This document shows, one piece after another, positions 8,666 through 17,536 of a stretch of 64,000 nucleotides of DNA; the stretch's first letter is position 1; each line of letters starts with the position of its first letter. A program made the position numbers and the translations under genes. The notes under the pieces are model-generated. The model saw only the letters and a list, made by a program, of their open reading frames with translations. It ran no database searches and was not told where the DNA came from. The DNA lies in assembly GCA_963931445.1 (NCBI GenBank), contig OZ007016.1, forward strand, positions 1,546 to 65,545. Reading direction: 5' to 3'. Origin of the DNA: an uncultured Clostridia bacterium. Its GTDB lineage: Bacteria; Bacillota; Clostridia; TANB77; CAG-508.

Positions 8666-9301
8666 TCATCTGTACCAATTATTTCTTTTTATTAATTCTT
8701 CTACAACTTTATATGCTGCTGTATAAGGATTGCAATTTTCATTATCTAAGGCTTGTCCTAAATCTAAATGATGCTTTTCAACCTTTTTAGCATTTTTTAT
8801 AGCAACATCTGTTTTTTCTTTTAAAACAGGATAAGTATTCATACTTTTTGTATATACCTTTATTTTATCTTTTATATCATTTTGAACTTCTTCACTTGAA
8901 ATATATGTCTTTGTTGTATATCCAAAATGTAATCTATACCAATATTCAAATGTTGGAGTTGAAGTTATAAATTGGGCTCCATTATCTATAGCTAACTTCT
9001 TAGCTTTATCAATCTGACTTTGTTTATCTTGATTTACATCTGTATCTAAAACCACATAATACTTATCATCATCTTCTCTTCCAATTTCTTTGTCTATAAA
9101 ATTTAATAAATCACTGACAATTCCAACTGGATCTGTGCTATTTCCAGTAGAAAATTTTATAATACATTTTCTACTATTAAAATTTTTAAAATAAATCTCT
9201 TCTGTTTTATTATTTCCTTCACAACCTATTACAATAATAGGTCTTCTTTTTCTATTTTGCCTGTTTCTTCCTCTTTGCTTAAAACTTTCTAATCTTCCCA
9301 T
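8666..9301 (-). CDS. RloB-like (TOPRIM/OLD-family-like) protein. Probable AbiLii-like partner of the upstream ATPase.
   Basis: N-terminal IIVIGCEGNNKTEEIYF motif typical of the RloB family. Overlaps the ATPase gene by 13 bp, so the two are translationally coupled. Confidence 0.65.
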   Translation of the reverse strand: MGRLESFKQRGRNRQNRKRRPIIVIGCEGNNKTEEIYFKNFNSRKCIIKFSTGNSTDPVGIVSDLLNFIDKEIGREDDDKYYVVLDTDVNQDKQSQIDKAKKLAIDNGAQFITSTPTFEYWYRLHFGYTTKTYISSEEVQNDIKDKIKVYTKSMNTYPVLKEKTDVAIKNAKKVEKHHLDLGQALDNENCNPYTAAYKVVEELIKRNNWYR

Positions 9302-10581
9302 AAGCTATCACCTGTAGCCACAAAAGGAATCGCTCCATATCTACCATTTAAATATCCTTTTTGGATATTCTCATTTTTTCTAACTGAGAAGTCATCAAGA
9401 GGATATAAATCAGTAGCCCATTTCTTTGGATCTTTTTCTGCAAACCATATCTGGTCTCTTCTAAATATATCTAAAGATAATAAATTTGTATCATGTGTAT
9501 TAAATATCAACTGTGCATTTCCTTTATTAATTTGTGGGTTATGAAAGAATTTAATAATCATTTCTACTAAATTAGGATGCAAACTTCTTTCAATTTCATC
9601 TATTACTAATATTTTTCCATTCTCAAAAACATCTTTTAATATTGGTGCAAATGAAAATAGAATTTGTGTTCCTGAAGACTCATTATTAAAGTTTAATTCA
9701 TAGTTTTTCATATTTCCTTCATCATTAGTAACTTCATGTGTCATTCTTATTTTTACATTCCTTTGTTTTTGTGGCAATATTTGTGAAGGAATATTAAAGT
9801 TTTTTAACAGTATCATCATATTGCTATCTACATCACGTTCTTCGATTTCTACACTAAAGTCTTTTATTACAATGTCTGCTTCATTTAATAATTTTAATGC
9901 AAATTTTTTTAGTTCTTCCCCTCCATCTTTGTTGTTATATGACTCTACAACAAAATCGTTTAATAACATTCCACCAGTATATGTGTCTATATTTTTTGCA
10001 AACCACAAATATGGTTCTTTTGTCTTATCATAATTCCATGTTGTTGCCGTAGCTAAAAATAATTTATTTTCGATATTTTGAGTTTTAATCGTATTTAATT
10101 TTCCTTCATCTGCTTGTAGAAATTTATATTCATTTACATTTGTTCTTTCAAATATTCTTGTTGGTTTTGCTGTAAAATATTGATATAAATATTCTTCATA
10201 TACTCTTTGTTTATCTGCTATAAAACCATATATATATTTTATTTCTTTTATATAAAAAACAAACTCAAATTCGCAGGGTTCTAATTTAGTTTTTTCGTCA
10301 AAAGCAAATGGTTCCATTTCTATTAACTTTTCTCCAACCTGCCTATTATTTGATTTTCTTATCATTAATATTGCTGCTGTAAAGGCATTCATTAAATTTG
10401 TTTTTCCTGATGCATTTGCTCCATATATTGCTGTGCTTTTTAAAATTCTTTCATTTATATTTGGTGTACTTATAATGTTTTCTTCATTTTCTGTTCCTGT
10501 TGCTGCTTCCATACTGAAAGTTACTTTATCCTTAAATGATTTGAAATTTTTAACACTAAATTCAACTAGCATCACTTTCAC
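9289..10581 (-). CDS. AAA_21/ABC-type ATPase (AbiLi-like / RloA-like).
   Basis: Walker A YGANASGKTN and Walker B ILVIDEIERSLHP. Paired with an RloB-like gene, as in AbiL and OLD-type abortive-infection modules. Confidence 0.7.
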   Translation of the reverse strand: MKVMLVEFSVKNFKSFKDKVTFSMEAATGTENEENIISTPNINERILKSTAIYGANASGKTNLMNAFTAAILMIRKSNNRQVGEKLIEMEPFAFDEKTKLEPCEFEFVFYIKEIKYIYGFIADKQRVYEEYLYQYFTAKPTRIFERTNVNEYKFLQADEGKLNTIKTQNIENKLFLATATTWNYDKTKEPYLWFAKNIDTYTGGMLLNDFVVESYNNKDGGEELKKFALKLLNEADIVIKDFSVEIEERDVDSNMMILLKNFNIPSQILPQKQRNVKIRMTHEVTNDEGNMKNYELNFNNESSGTQILFSFAPILKDVFENGKILVIDEIERSLHPNLVEMIIKFFHNPQINKGNAQLIFNTHDTNLLSLDIFRRDQIWFAEKDPKKWATDLYPLDDFSVRKNENIQKGYLNGRYGAIPFVATGDSLWED

Positions 10582-10763
10582 CTCTCTTTATATATTATAT
10601 GCTATTTTTATAAAAAAGTAAACTAATTTCAATAATATTTTTTCTATTTATGCATTTTTTATTCATTTTTTTATTAAATATTATTCATTTGTGCTAGAAT
10701 TTTTGAGTATCTATTTTTTATAAAATATCAATTTATAAAACTATTTTAATTTTAAGTCATAAA

Positions 10764-10790
10764 AAATATCGCTTAAAAGCGACATTTTTT
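10764..10790. terminator. Hairpin tcgcttaaaagcga flanked by A- and T-runs. Probable bidirectional intrinsic terminator.
   Basis: Perfect 6-bp stem followed by TTTTTT on the + strand and preceded by AAAAAA. Confidence 0.4.
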
Positions 10791-10972
10791 ATTTAAAATT
10801 CAAACTTTCATATTTTGACTTTTAATTTTTGTGCATTTTTCAATTTTTACAAAAATAAAAATTAAAAATTTCTAATATATATTATTAGTATAAAAAACTA
10901 TCATTGTTAACAAAAAGCTTGCTATTTATGGTATATATCAATGTTTTTTTGCATAAAATACTATTAGAATTG

Positions 10973-11003
10973 TTGACAATTCTTGTTACTATATAGTATA
11001 ATA
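10973..11003 (+). promoter_or_regulatory. Near-consensus sigma-A-type promoter (TTGACA, 18-bp spacer, TATAAT) reading into the antisense of the 11060..12302 operon.
   Basis: ttgacaattcttgttactatatagtataat. No + strand ORF follows it. Confidence 0.35.
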
Positions 11004-11059
11004 ATTACAACTCAACTACCAAGATGTAGTAGGAGATCCTGGAAACGTCATTGATATTC

Positions 11060-11599
11060 TTAAGTCAATGGCGTTTTCTGCATTTTATATTTTTCATATT
11101 TCTTTATATATTTTTCCATTGCATTATCATACTCAATATAATATCCCGTTATTAGTAAATTATAATTCTGTCTTTTTTCTATTATGACCAAAAATTTTAC
11201 GTCCTTGAATAAAAAATATGCTCTAACATTCTTTTTATAATATTCTTCAAAATATAAAATTTTTTCACAGTTTTTACAACTCTCATTACATTTATAATTT
11301 TCAATGATTGCTCTATTCCACCCTATTCTTTCAGCTCTTCTTGGATCTGGTATTCTATCATTTGGATCATTAGATTTATGAAATTCATCTTTATGCGTTA
11401 AATGTATAAATGTATGTTCATATTTTCCATCCATAGGTGCTTTTCTAAAATTTACTCCTTTACCTTCAAATATTGGCTTACTATCTATAAAGTCTTTTTT
11501 AAATATAGAGTATAAAATGTCTAAATATTCATTCCAATTATTATAATCTTCGCATTCCACTATTTTAGGTAGCCATTTGCAGTTATCCAATGTTATCAC
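11060..11599 (-). CDS. Hypothetical protein (179 aa) with several Cys residues (CNESCKNCEK), overlapping partner of the DUF3800-like gene.
   Basis: ORF only. It overlaps the 3' end of the upstream ORF by 17 bp, which suggests an operon. Confidence 0.45.
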   Translation of the reverse strand: MITLDNCKWLPKIVECEDYNNWNEYLDILYSIFKKDFIDSKPIFEGKGVNFRKAPMDGKYEHTFIHLTHKDEFHKSNDPNDRIPDPRRAERIGWNRAIIENYKCNESCKNCEKILYFEEYYKKNVRAYFLFKDVKFLVIIEKRQNYNLLITGYYIEYDNAMEKYIKKYEKYKMQKTPLT

Positions 11600-12302
11600 C
11601 TGCTTTCAAATTGATGCAGAACAAGTTGAATTTTTTCTCTGATAACATTGTGTTTTTTGTTAATGAATATCCACTTTTATTGATAATATGCATCATTAGT
11701 TCTTTTTTTGCCCAACTAGAATTTTCTTCATCATAAACTTTTCTGTTCCTGTATCCAATTGCTCCAATAAATAAGTCAGCTAATTGCATTATTATACTTT
11801 CTTCCGAATTAATAGATTGTATATTTTTTATTACATTAAATTCATAATCCATTAATTTAAAACTTAAGTATTTTTTCACACCTTCTACTTTACTAGCACT
11901 CTTTGTATCTTTAATATCTAAATAAATATAATTTTCTTGTTTTGGTTCAACTAAATTAATTAATAAATAGTAATACATTTTATAATACCAATCATCATGA
12001 GTTTGGTTGAATAATTTATGATTTAATTGTGTTTTATCAATAATTATTGCTCTAAATCTTAAATTTTCGTTTTCAAAAAAATAATCTACAAGTTCTTTAT
12101 AATATGATAACTTTGAAGGCGAAACTTTATTCCATTTTATTTCAGCTCTATTTGGAACATTATATTTTCTTTTTATATTTAATATATCTCTCTTTATACA
12201 TTTTCTGCTACTTTTTTCACAGATTATTCCACCTAATACCATATATTTTTGATTGTCGTGTTCCAAATGACAACTTTCGTCACAATATATATTATACTTC
12301 AT
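11583..12302 (-). CDS. DUF3800-like protein (239 aa).
   Basis: N-terminal YNIYCDES and C-terminal IMQLADLFIGAIGY motifs are characteristic of the DUF3800 family, called here from memory of the family signature. Confidence 0.5.
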   Translation of the reverse strand: MKYNIYCDESCHLEHDNQKYMVLGGIICEKSSRKCIKRDILNIKRKYNVPNRAEIKWNKVSPSKLSYYKELVDYFFENENLRFRAIIIDKTQLNHKLFNQTHDDWYYKMYYYLLINLVEPKQENYIYLDIKDTKSASKVEGVKKYLSFKLMDYEFNVIKNIQSINSEESIIMQLADLFIGAIGYRNRKVYDEENSSWAKKELMMHIINKSGYSLTKNTMLSEKKFNLFCINLKAGDNIG

Positions 12303-12361
12303 ATAAAGTTCCTCCTTACTTTTTATATAAATAATTATTAACTAAATCACAATTTATCTGA

Positions 12362-12962
12362 CTAAATTTCTATATCATCAACGTTTATTTGTCCATTCAT
12401 TAAAAGTGGTAATATGAATTCTTTTAATGATTTTAGTTTTTGACTTTCAATTTTATTTTCTGAAATTATATCAAACATTGGCCTAACCAAAATATTAAAT
12501 TGGCTTATTTCTTCTTTTTCTGGTATATATATTTTTTCTTGTTTTAATAAATCTTTTTGCAAATGTTTTAATCCAGAACCATGAAAAAACTTTCTATCTA
12601 ACTCTCCTCTAATGGTTTTAAAGTATAAATATAAATAATCTGAAAAATCTCCATTAGTAGTAACACACCATGTATCAGTCGAATACATTGCTTTACCTAC
12701 ATAATATTTAACATCTGCATTTCCACCTGTATTAAAAAACAAATTTCTTCCTTCAACTAAATAATCATTCCACTCTAATATTGATTCTCCACTTGTAAAG
12801 AATGGATATTTTCCTTTAAGTGTTTTCGCATCACTTACCTTTATTTTTGATTTTTCATTTTCTTTTATAATGTCTCCTATTGTTCCATTCAGGATTTTTT
12901 TAGTAAACCTTTGTAAAAAGATACTATACGCTAATTCCTCTAAATTATTATTTATCTAATCT
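12362..12962 (-). pseudogene. hsdS': Silent hsdS' cassette: second target-recognition domain plus conserved C-terminal region, with no start codon of its own.
   Basis: The frame is open from the TAG at 12944-12946 (INNNLEELAYSIFLQRF...FTSGESILEWNDYLVEGRNLFFNTGG...) to 12362. Its C-terminus QKLKSLKEFILPLLMNGQINVDDIEI is identical to that of hsdS. The ~96-bp DNA repeat 12343-12438 equals 14583-14678. Confidence 0.65.
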
Positions 12963-13526
12963 TTATGCAACTTTATAATCTAAATTATTATTTATCTTAG
13001 AATTATTTTTAATTTTCTCATTTATTAAATCTAAAAATTTGGAAATTTTCCTTTGAATTTTCAACTCTGGTATCCAAGCTATGCAATCCATAATTTTCTC
13101 TGGAGAAGTGTGTCTGATTTTTGTCTGTTGTGATGATACATCTAATTGTTTTTTTATTATAGAAGATGATATGAGATAATATGCGAATCTTGAATCCAAC
13201 TCTTTCGGATTTGGAATAACAAGACCTATATCTCCACTTTGAATATATTTATTGTCTTCTGGTATTATTGCTGTTTCTCCTAATAATCCAGATACTTGTT
13301 CTGTTAATGGTGTAATAATATCTCCTTTTTTTAAGATAAACTGTGGTTTAACTTCTCCAGTAAAGTAAATGTCTGATTTGGCTGTATTTTCTTTAAACCC
13401 TCCTCCAGGATAATCAAAATTTCCTAAAGTTAATCTTATTTTATCTCCTGTGTCTGAATAATACTTTCCTGATAAGCTTGTACCTCTTTTAACTTCTAAT
13501 ATTTCTTTTAATTTAACTTCCTTCAT
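12963..13526 (-). CDS. hsdS': Type I R-M specificity subunit fragment (TRD1' of the silent hsdS' cassette).
   Basis: HsdS TRD-like sequence ending in the central conserved ...INNNLDYKVA. Its frame is offset from the downstream TRD2' cassette. Confidence 0.6.
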   Translation of the reverse strand: MKEVKLKEILEVKRGTSLSGKYYSDTGDKIRLTLGNFDYPGGGFKENTAKSDIYFTGEVKPQFILKKGDIITPLTEQVSGLLGETAIIPEDNKYIQSGDIGLVIPNPKELDSRFAYYLISSSIIKKQLDVSSQQTKIRHTSPEKIMDCIAWIPELKIQRKISKFLDLINEKIKNNSKINNNLDYKVA

Positions 13527-13532
13527 ATCTAT

Positions 13533-14528
13533 TTACCCTATATACTTTCTATGTGATATCCTCACATTATTTTGATTAACCATTGCATAGTGCATTGTTG
13601 TTTCAATTTTAACATGTCCCAATAATTTTTGCACTTGTTCTATAGGCATACCCTTATCAATTGCCATTGTGGCTAAAGTTCTTCTAAATTTATGAGGATA
13701 TGCTTTATCTATATTAATATTTTTACCAATATTTCTAATTATTAATTCTATACCAGAAATTGACAATCTTTGATGTGGTTTATTTTTAGAAACAAATAAT
13801 GCAGTTTCATTATCATTTCTATTTTCTAAATATTCTTGTAAATGTATTTTTGTTTTTGCATCAAAGTAAACCTCTCTTTGTTTATTTCCTTTTCCTAATA
13901 CAACACAAGATCTTTCTTCAAAATTTATATCTGATATGTTTAAATTGACTAATTCTCCTACCCTCATTCCCGTTGTAAGTAATAATTCTATTAAAACTAA
14001 ATTTCTAATGTCATTTTTACATAAATCCCTCATTTGTTCTATGTTTTCATCTGAAAAAGTATTCTTCATAACCTTTGCTGTTTTGACTCTATGTATTCTC
14101 CTTGCTGGACTTTTTACAATATAATTTTCATCTTCCAACCATGCAAAGAAACTAGAAAATATTCTTCTCATATTATCAATCGTTGTTAAACTGGATTTAT
14201 TTTCTTCTTTATAGTCAGATAGATATTTTCTTAGGTCTTCTGTTGTTATAGTTTTAATCAACTTTTTAATACTCATTGTCATTTTTAAAATTATATTTCT
14301 ATAGTATTCAATAGTTTTGATAGAACAACCTTCTATCTTTTTAGCTGATAGAAATTTATCTATTAACTTACTATTTTCCATGTCTTCTTGTTTTCTCTCA
14401 ACATCCTTTAGGGAAATATCATATCTGGAAAAACATTTAACTAAGGTTATCTTTAGATTTTCTGTTTGCTTTATCGTAAGTGTATCTTCTAAATCTTTAG
14501 TAATTTCAATAATTAAATTATTTTCCAT
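13533..14528 (-). CDS. Tyrosine recombinase (XerC/D-like) embedded in the hsdS locus. Likely hsdS shufflon recombinase.
   Basis: MRVGELVNL, HKFRRTLATMAI, and GHVKIETTMHY (R...H-x-x-R...Y catalytic motifs). It lies between hsdS and hsdS'. Confidence 0.8.
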   Translation of the reverse strand: MENNLIIEITKDLEDTLTIKQTENLKITLVKCFSRYDISLKDVERKQEDMENSKLIDKFLSAKKIEGCSIKTIEYYRNIILKMTMSIKKLIKTITTEDLRKYLSDYKEENKSSLTTIDNMRRIFSSFFAWLEDENYIVKSPARRIHRVKTAKVMKNTFSDENIEQMRDLCKNDIRNLVLIELLLTTGMRVGELVNLNISDINFEERSCVVLGKGNKQREVYFDAKTKIHLQEYLENRNDNETALFVSKNKPHQRLSISGIELIIRNIGKNINIDKAYPHKFRRTLATMAIDKGMPIEQVQKLLGHVKIETTMHYAMVNQNNVRISHRKYIG

Positions 14529-14601
14529 ATAATAATTACACCTCCGTATAACTATTATACAACATTAAGTAAACTAGTTCGCTAAATCACAATTTATCTG
14601 A

Positions 14602-15870
14602 CTAAATTTCTATATCATCAACGTTTATTTGTCCATTCATTAAAAGTGGTAATATGAATTCTTTTAATGATTTTAGTCTTTGATTTTCTTCTAAATTATT
14701 TATAAACGTTTCTATTAAAGCACTACATTTTTCTTCAAATTTATCAACAATTTTGATAGAATATGCAACTTTAACCTTACCTAATTCTACAGGGCTTAAA
14801 TTCTTTTGTGAAGTACCTGTAGAAACACTTTCACATTTGTTTTTTATATAATCATTTCTAAATAAAGAATATAAATAACTTAAATTATTTTTTTGCTTTA
14901 TTTTTAATAATCGTTGATTTAATAACACTTGATTTTCATATACTAAGCCCACTCTACCTACATTTCCTGTTAATGACATTATTAGATCTTTTGGTTTTAG
15001 TATACATTCATACGGTAAATTAAATGGTAATTTTTCAATCGTATTATCTACATTTGAAACTATATTTCCATCTTGGACGTTTTTTATTGTATACAACTTA
15101 TATCTTCCATCATTACAATATGTATCTGAAGTAAAAGCATACCCTGTTATAAAATCACTTATTTCATTAATATTTACGACTTTCCAATTTTCAGGGATTT
15201 TGCTTTTTAGTTCTTCATTATAAGCTAATTTACCATCATTAGATTTATATGGTTTTCCTTCTTCGTTTGGAAATTCAAATTCAATAAACCATCTTTGATA
15301 AATTGTTTTCATTAATTCCTCTAAATTATTATTTATCTGATTATTAATTAATATTTTCTTTTCTATTTTATATAGCATATCTCCTATCTTCACTTGAGTA
15401 TCATAGTCAGGAATTTGTATTTTTATGTAAGAGAAGATTTCTTCATTAAAACTAGCTCTTAAAGTCATTATTGTATTAGCATTAACTATTTTTCTGAAGT
15501 ATTTACTCCTAAAATAAAATGCCATATATTTATCATATACTTTTTTATTATCGATTGGTCTCAATCTCTTAGCAAATCCGCTAAATGTTGCATTTGGATA
15601 GTCTTTTAATGCAACACTGCTCATTGCCAATTCATCTGGAGTTTCACTTGTTCTTGTAATAAACACGTCACCCTTCTTTACTGAATATTTTATTCTATCC
15701 CTATCTGAAGTGTTCATTAGTTCTGTTAAATTTTCAGGCAAAAAAGTATTATTAAATATATCTCTAAAAGAAACAAAAGGATATCCCCTACCTGCTTGAC
15801 TCTTTGAAGAGCTTATTCCGGATGACATAACATACAATTCATTTAATTTATATTCTTTTAATTTACTCAT
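14602..15870 (-). CDS. hsdS: Type I restriction-modification specificity subunit HsdS (two TRDs).
   Basis: TRD, then central conserved region (INNQINNNLEELMKTIYQRWFIEFEFP), then TRD, then conserved C-terminus. Overlaps hsdM by 8 bp. Confidence 0.85.
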   Translation of the reverse strand: MSKLKEYKLNELYVMSSGISSSKSQAGRGYPFVSFRDIFNNTFLPENLTELMNTSDRDRIKYSVKKGDVFITRTSETPDELAMSSVALKDYPNATFSGFAKRLRPIDNKKVYDKYMAFYFRSKYFRKIVNANTIMTLRASFNEEIFSYIKIQIPDYDTQVKIGDMLYKIEKKILINNQINNNLEELMKTIYQRWFIEFEFPNEEGKPYKSNDGKLAYNEELKSKIPENWKVVNINEISDFITGYAFTSDTYCNDGRYKLYTIKNVQDGNIVSNVDNTIEKLPFNLPYECILKPKDLIMSLTGNVGRVGLVYENQVLLNQRLLKIKQKNNLSYLYSLFRNDYIKNKCESVSTGTSQKNLSPVELGKVKVAYSIKIVDKFEEKCSALIETFINNLEENQRLKSLKEFILPLLMNGQINVDDIEI

Positions 15871-17524
15871 ATTTCAATTTCTCCAAATTATCTTTTATTT
15901 CTTGTTCTAATATTTTATTTTTTTCAAATAGTTCATTTAATTCCTTTTTATAATAACTAATTTTATTTTCAAATTCCTCTTTGGTCATTTCTACATATTC
16001 TATTTTTATTTCAAAATATTGTCCTGCACTAAATGAATAATTTTTTTCTTTTATTTCATCAAATGAAACTAAAACACTAAAATCATCAATTGCTTCCTGA
16101 TTAATAAAAGTATCTTCGATTTTCTTTATTTCATCATTTGACAATACTGTTTTCTGATTTTTTCCCTCTTTAACTTTACTTCCTAAATTAGAAGCATCTA
16201 TCAATATTACTTTTTCTGATTTATTTACTTTATCAATAAATAAAACAGATACATTGGTTCCAGTATTTGCAAATATATTACTTGGCATAGAAATAACACC
16301 TTTTAGCCACTTGTTATCAATGAGTTTAGTTCTTATTGCTTTTTCTATTTTACTTTGAGCTGTTAAAAAACCTGTTGGAACAACAATTGCAGCTTTTCCA
16401 TCATCTTTCAAACTATATAAAATGTGTTGAATAAAACATAAATATATAGCCATTTTTTTCTTATCTTTATTTGGAATTTTTGGTATTCCTGCAAAAAATC
16501 TATCTGTATCGCTCCATCTTCTTTCTATTGCGTCTCTAGTTGAAGAAAAGTCTGTCTTAAAAGGTGGATTAGCAGTTATATAATCAAATTGCTTTAGTCC
16601 ACTATCTGGATTATATGGTAATTTATAATGTGATGGATTTAAAAGTGTATCTCCCTCAATTATATTATCCAAACTATTTGTTAATCCATTTAATATCATA
16701 TTAATTCTTAAAAATCTTGAAGACTTATTTGAAATATCTTGTGTATAAACTTGAGCTTTATCTCCAAATTTTCCTTTTCCAAGTTCATTTGCTAAATGTA
16801 AGACAAGTGAACCTGAACCTGCAGCTGGATCATATACCTCGTATATTTTATCTTCTACTGGAGACATATTTACTAATATTTTAGCAATTGTGCTTGAAAT
16901 GACTTGAGGTGTAAAATATTCGGCATAAACACCACTTGCAACATTGTAATCTTTTATTAGATATTCAAATATTGCACTATAAAAATCAAAGTTATTTTTA
17001 AATGCTTCTCCAAATGAAAATTTATCTTGACTTATTATCCCAAAAATATTTTTTGCAAAATTATTTTTCTTTGAAGATTCGACATTTTCTGTTATTCTTG
17101 TAAATAATGGTTTTCTTCCTCCATCTGCAGTGTCAATACTAAATTCATCATTTTCTGGATAATTAGAAATCCTTTCCAATGCATCATCAAACAATTCATA
17201 AAATTTATCATTTGTACTTTTATTAATTAAGTATTCAATTGTATCTTCATATTTAAAAGCTACATCTTGAGGATATGTATTGTAAAAGACTATCAACTCT
17301 TGATGTTCATTTTTTAGTATTGTTTCTAATAACATTCCCGTTTTTTCTGAAAAATCATTTAAATTAGCCATAAATTTATCATTTAGAAACTTATACAGAA
17401 ATACTGATGTTATAACTACTTCTTCACTAGCTTGATTTGATAGTCCATTTGTTTGGCATAGACCTTTAAGCTCATCTATCATTTCTTTTATTTTATTTTC
17501 TAATTGTGTTACTATTTGTTCCAT
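15863..17524 (-). CDS. hsdM: Type I R-M N6-adenine DNA methyltransferase HsdM.
   Basis: SAM-binding motif YDPAAGSGSL and catalytic motif ITANPPF (NPPF). Position in the hsdR-hsdM-hsdS operon. Confidence 0.9.
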   Translation of the reverse strand: MEQIVTQLENKIKEMIDELKGLCQTNGLSNQASEEVVITSVFLYKFLNDKFMANLNDFSEKTGMLLETILKNEHQELIVFYNTYPQDVAFKYEDTIEYLINKSTNDKFYELFDDALERISNYPENDEFSIDTADGGRKPLFTRITENVESSKKNNFAKNIFGIISQDKFSFGEAFKNNFDFYSAIFEYLIKDYNVASGVYAEYFTPQVISSTIAKILVNMSPVEDKIYEVYDPAAGSGSLVLHLANELGKGKFGDKAQVYTQDISNKSSRFLRINMILNGLTNSLDNIIEGDTLLNPSHYKLPYNPDSGLKQFDYITANPPFKTDFSSTRDAIERRWSDTDRFFAGIPKIPNKDKKKMAIYLCFIQHILYSLKDDGKAAIVVPTGFLTAQSKIEKAIRTKLIDNKWLKGVISMPSNIFANTGTNVSVLFIDKVNKSEKVILIDASNLGSKVKEGKNQKTVLSNDEIKKIEDTFINQEAIDDFSVLVSFDEIKEKNYSFSAGQYFEIKIEYVEMTKEEFENKISYYKKELNELFEKNKILEQEIKDNLEKLKYE

Positions 17525-17536
17525 TTACTTACTCTC

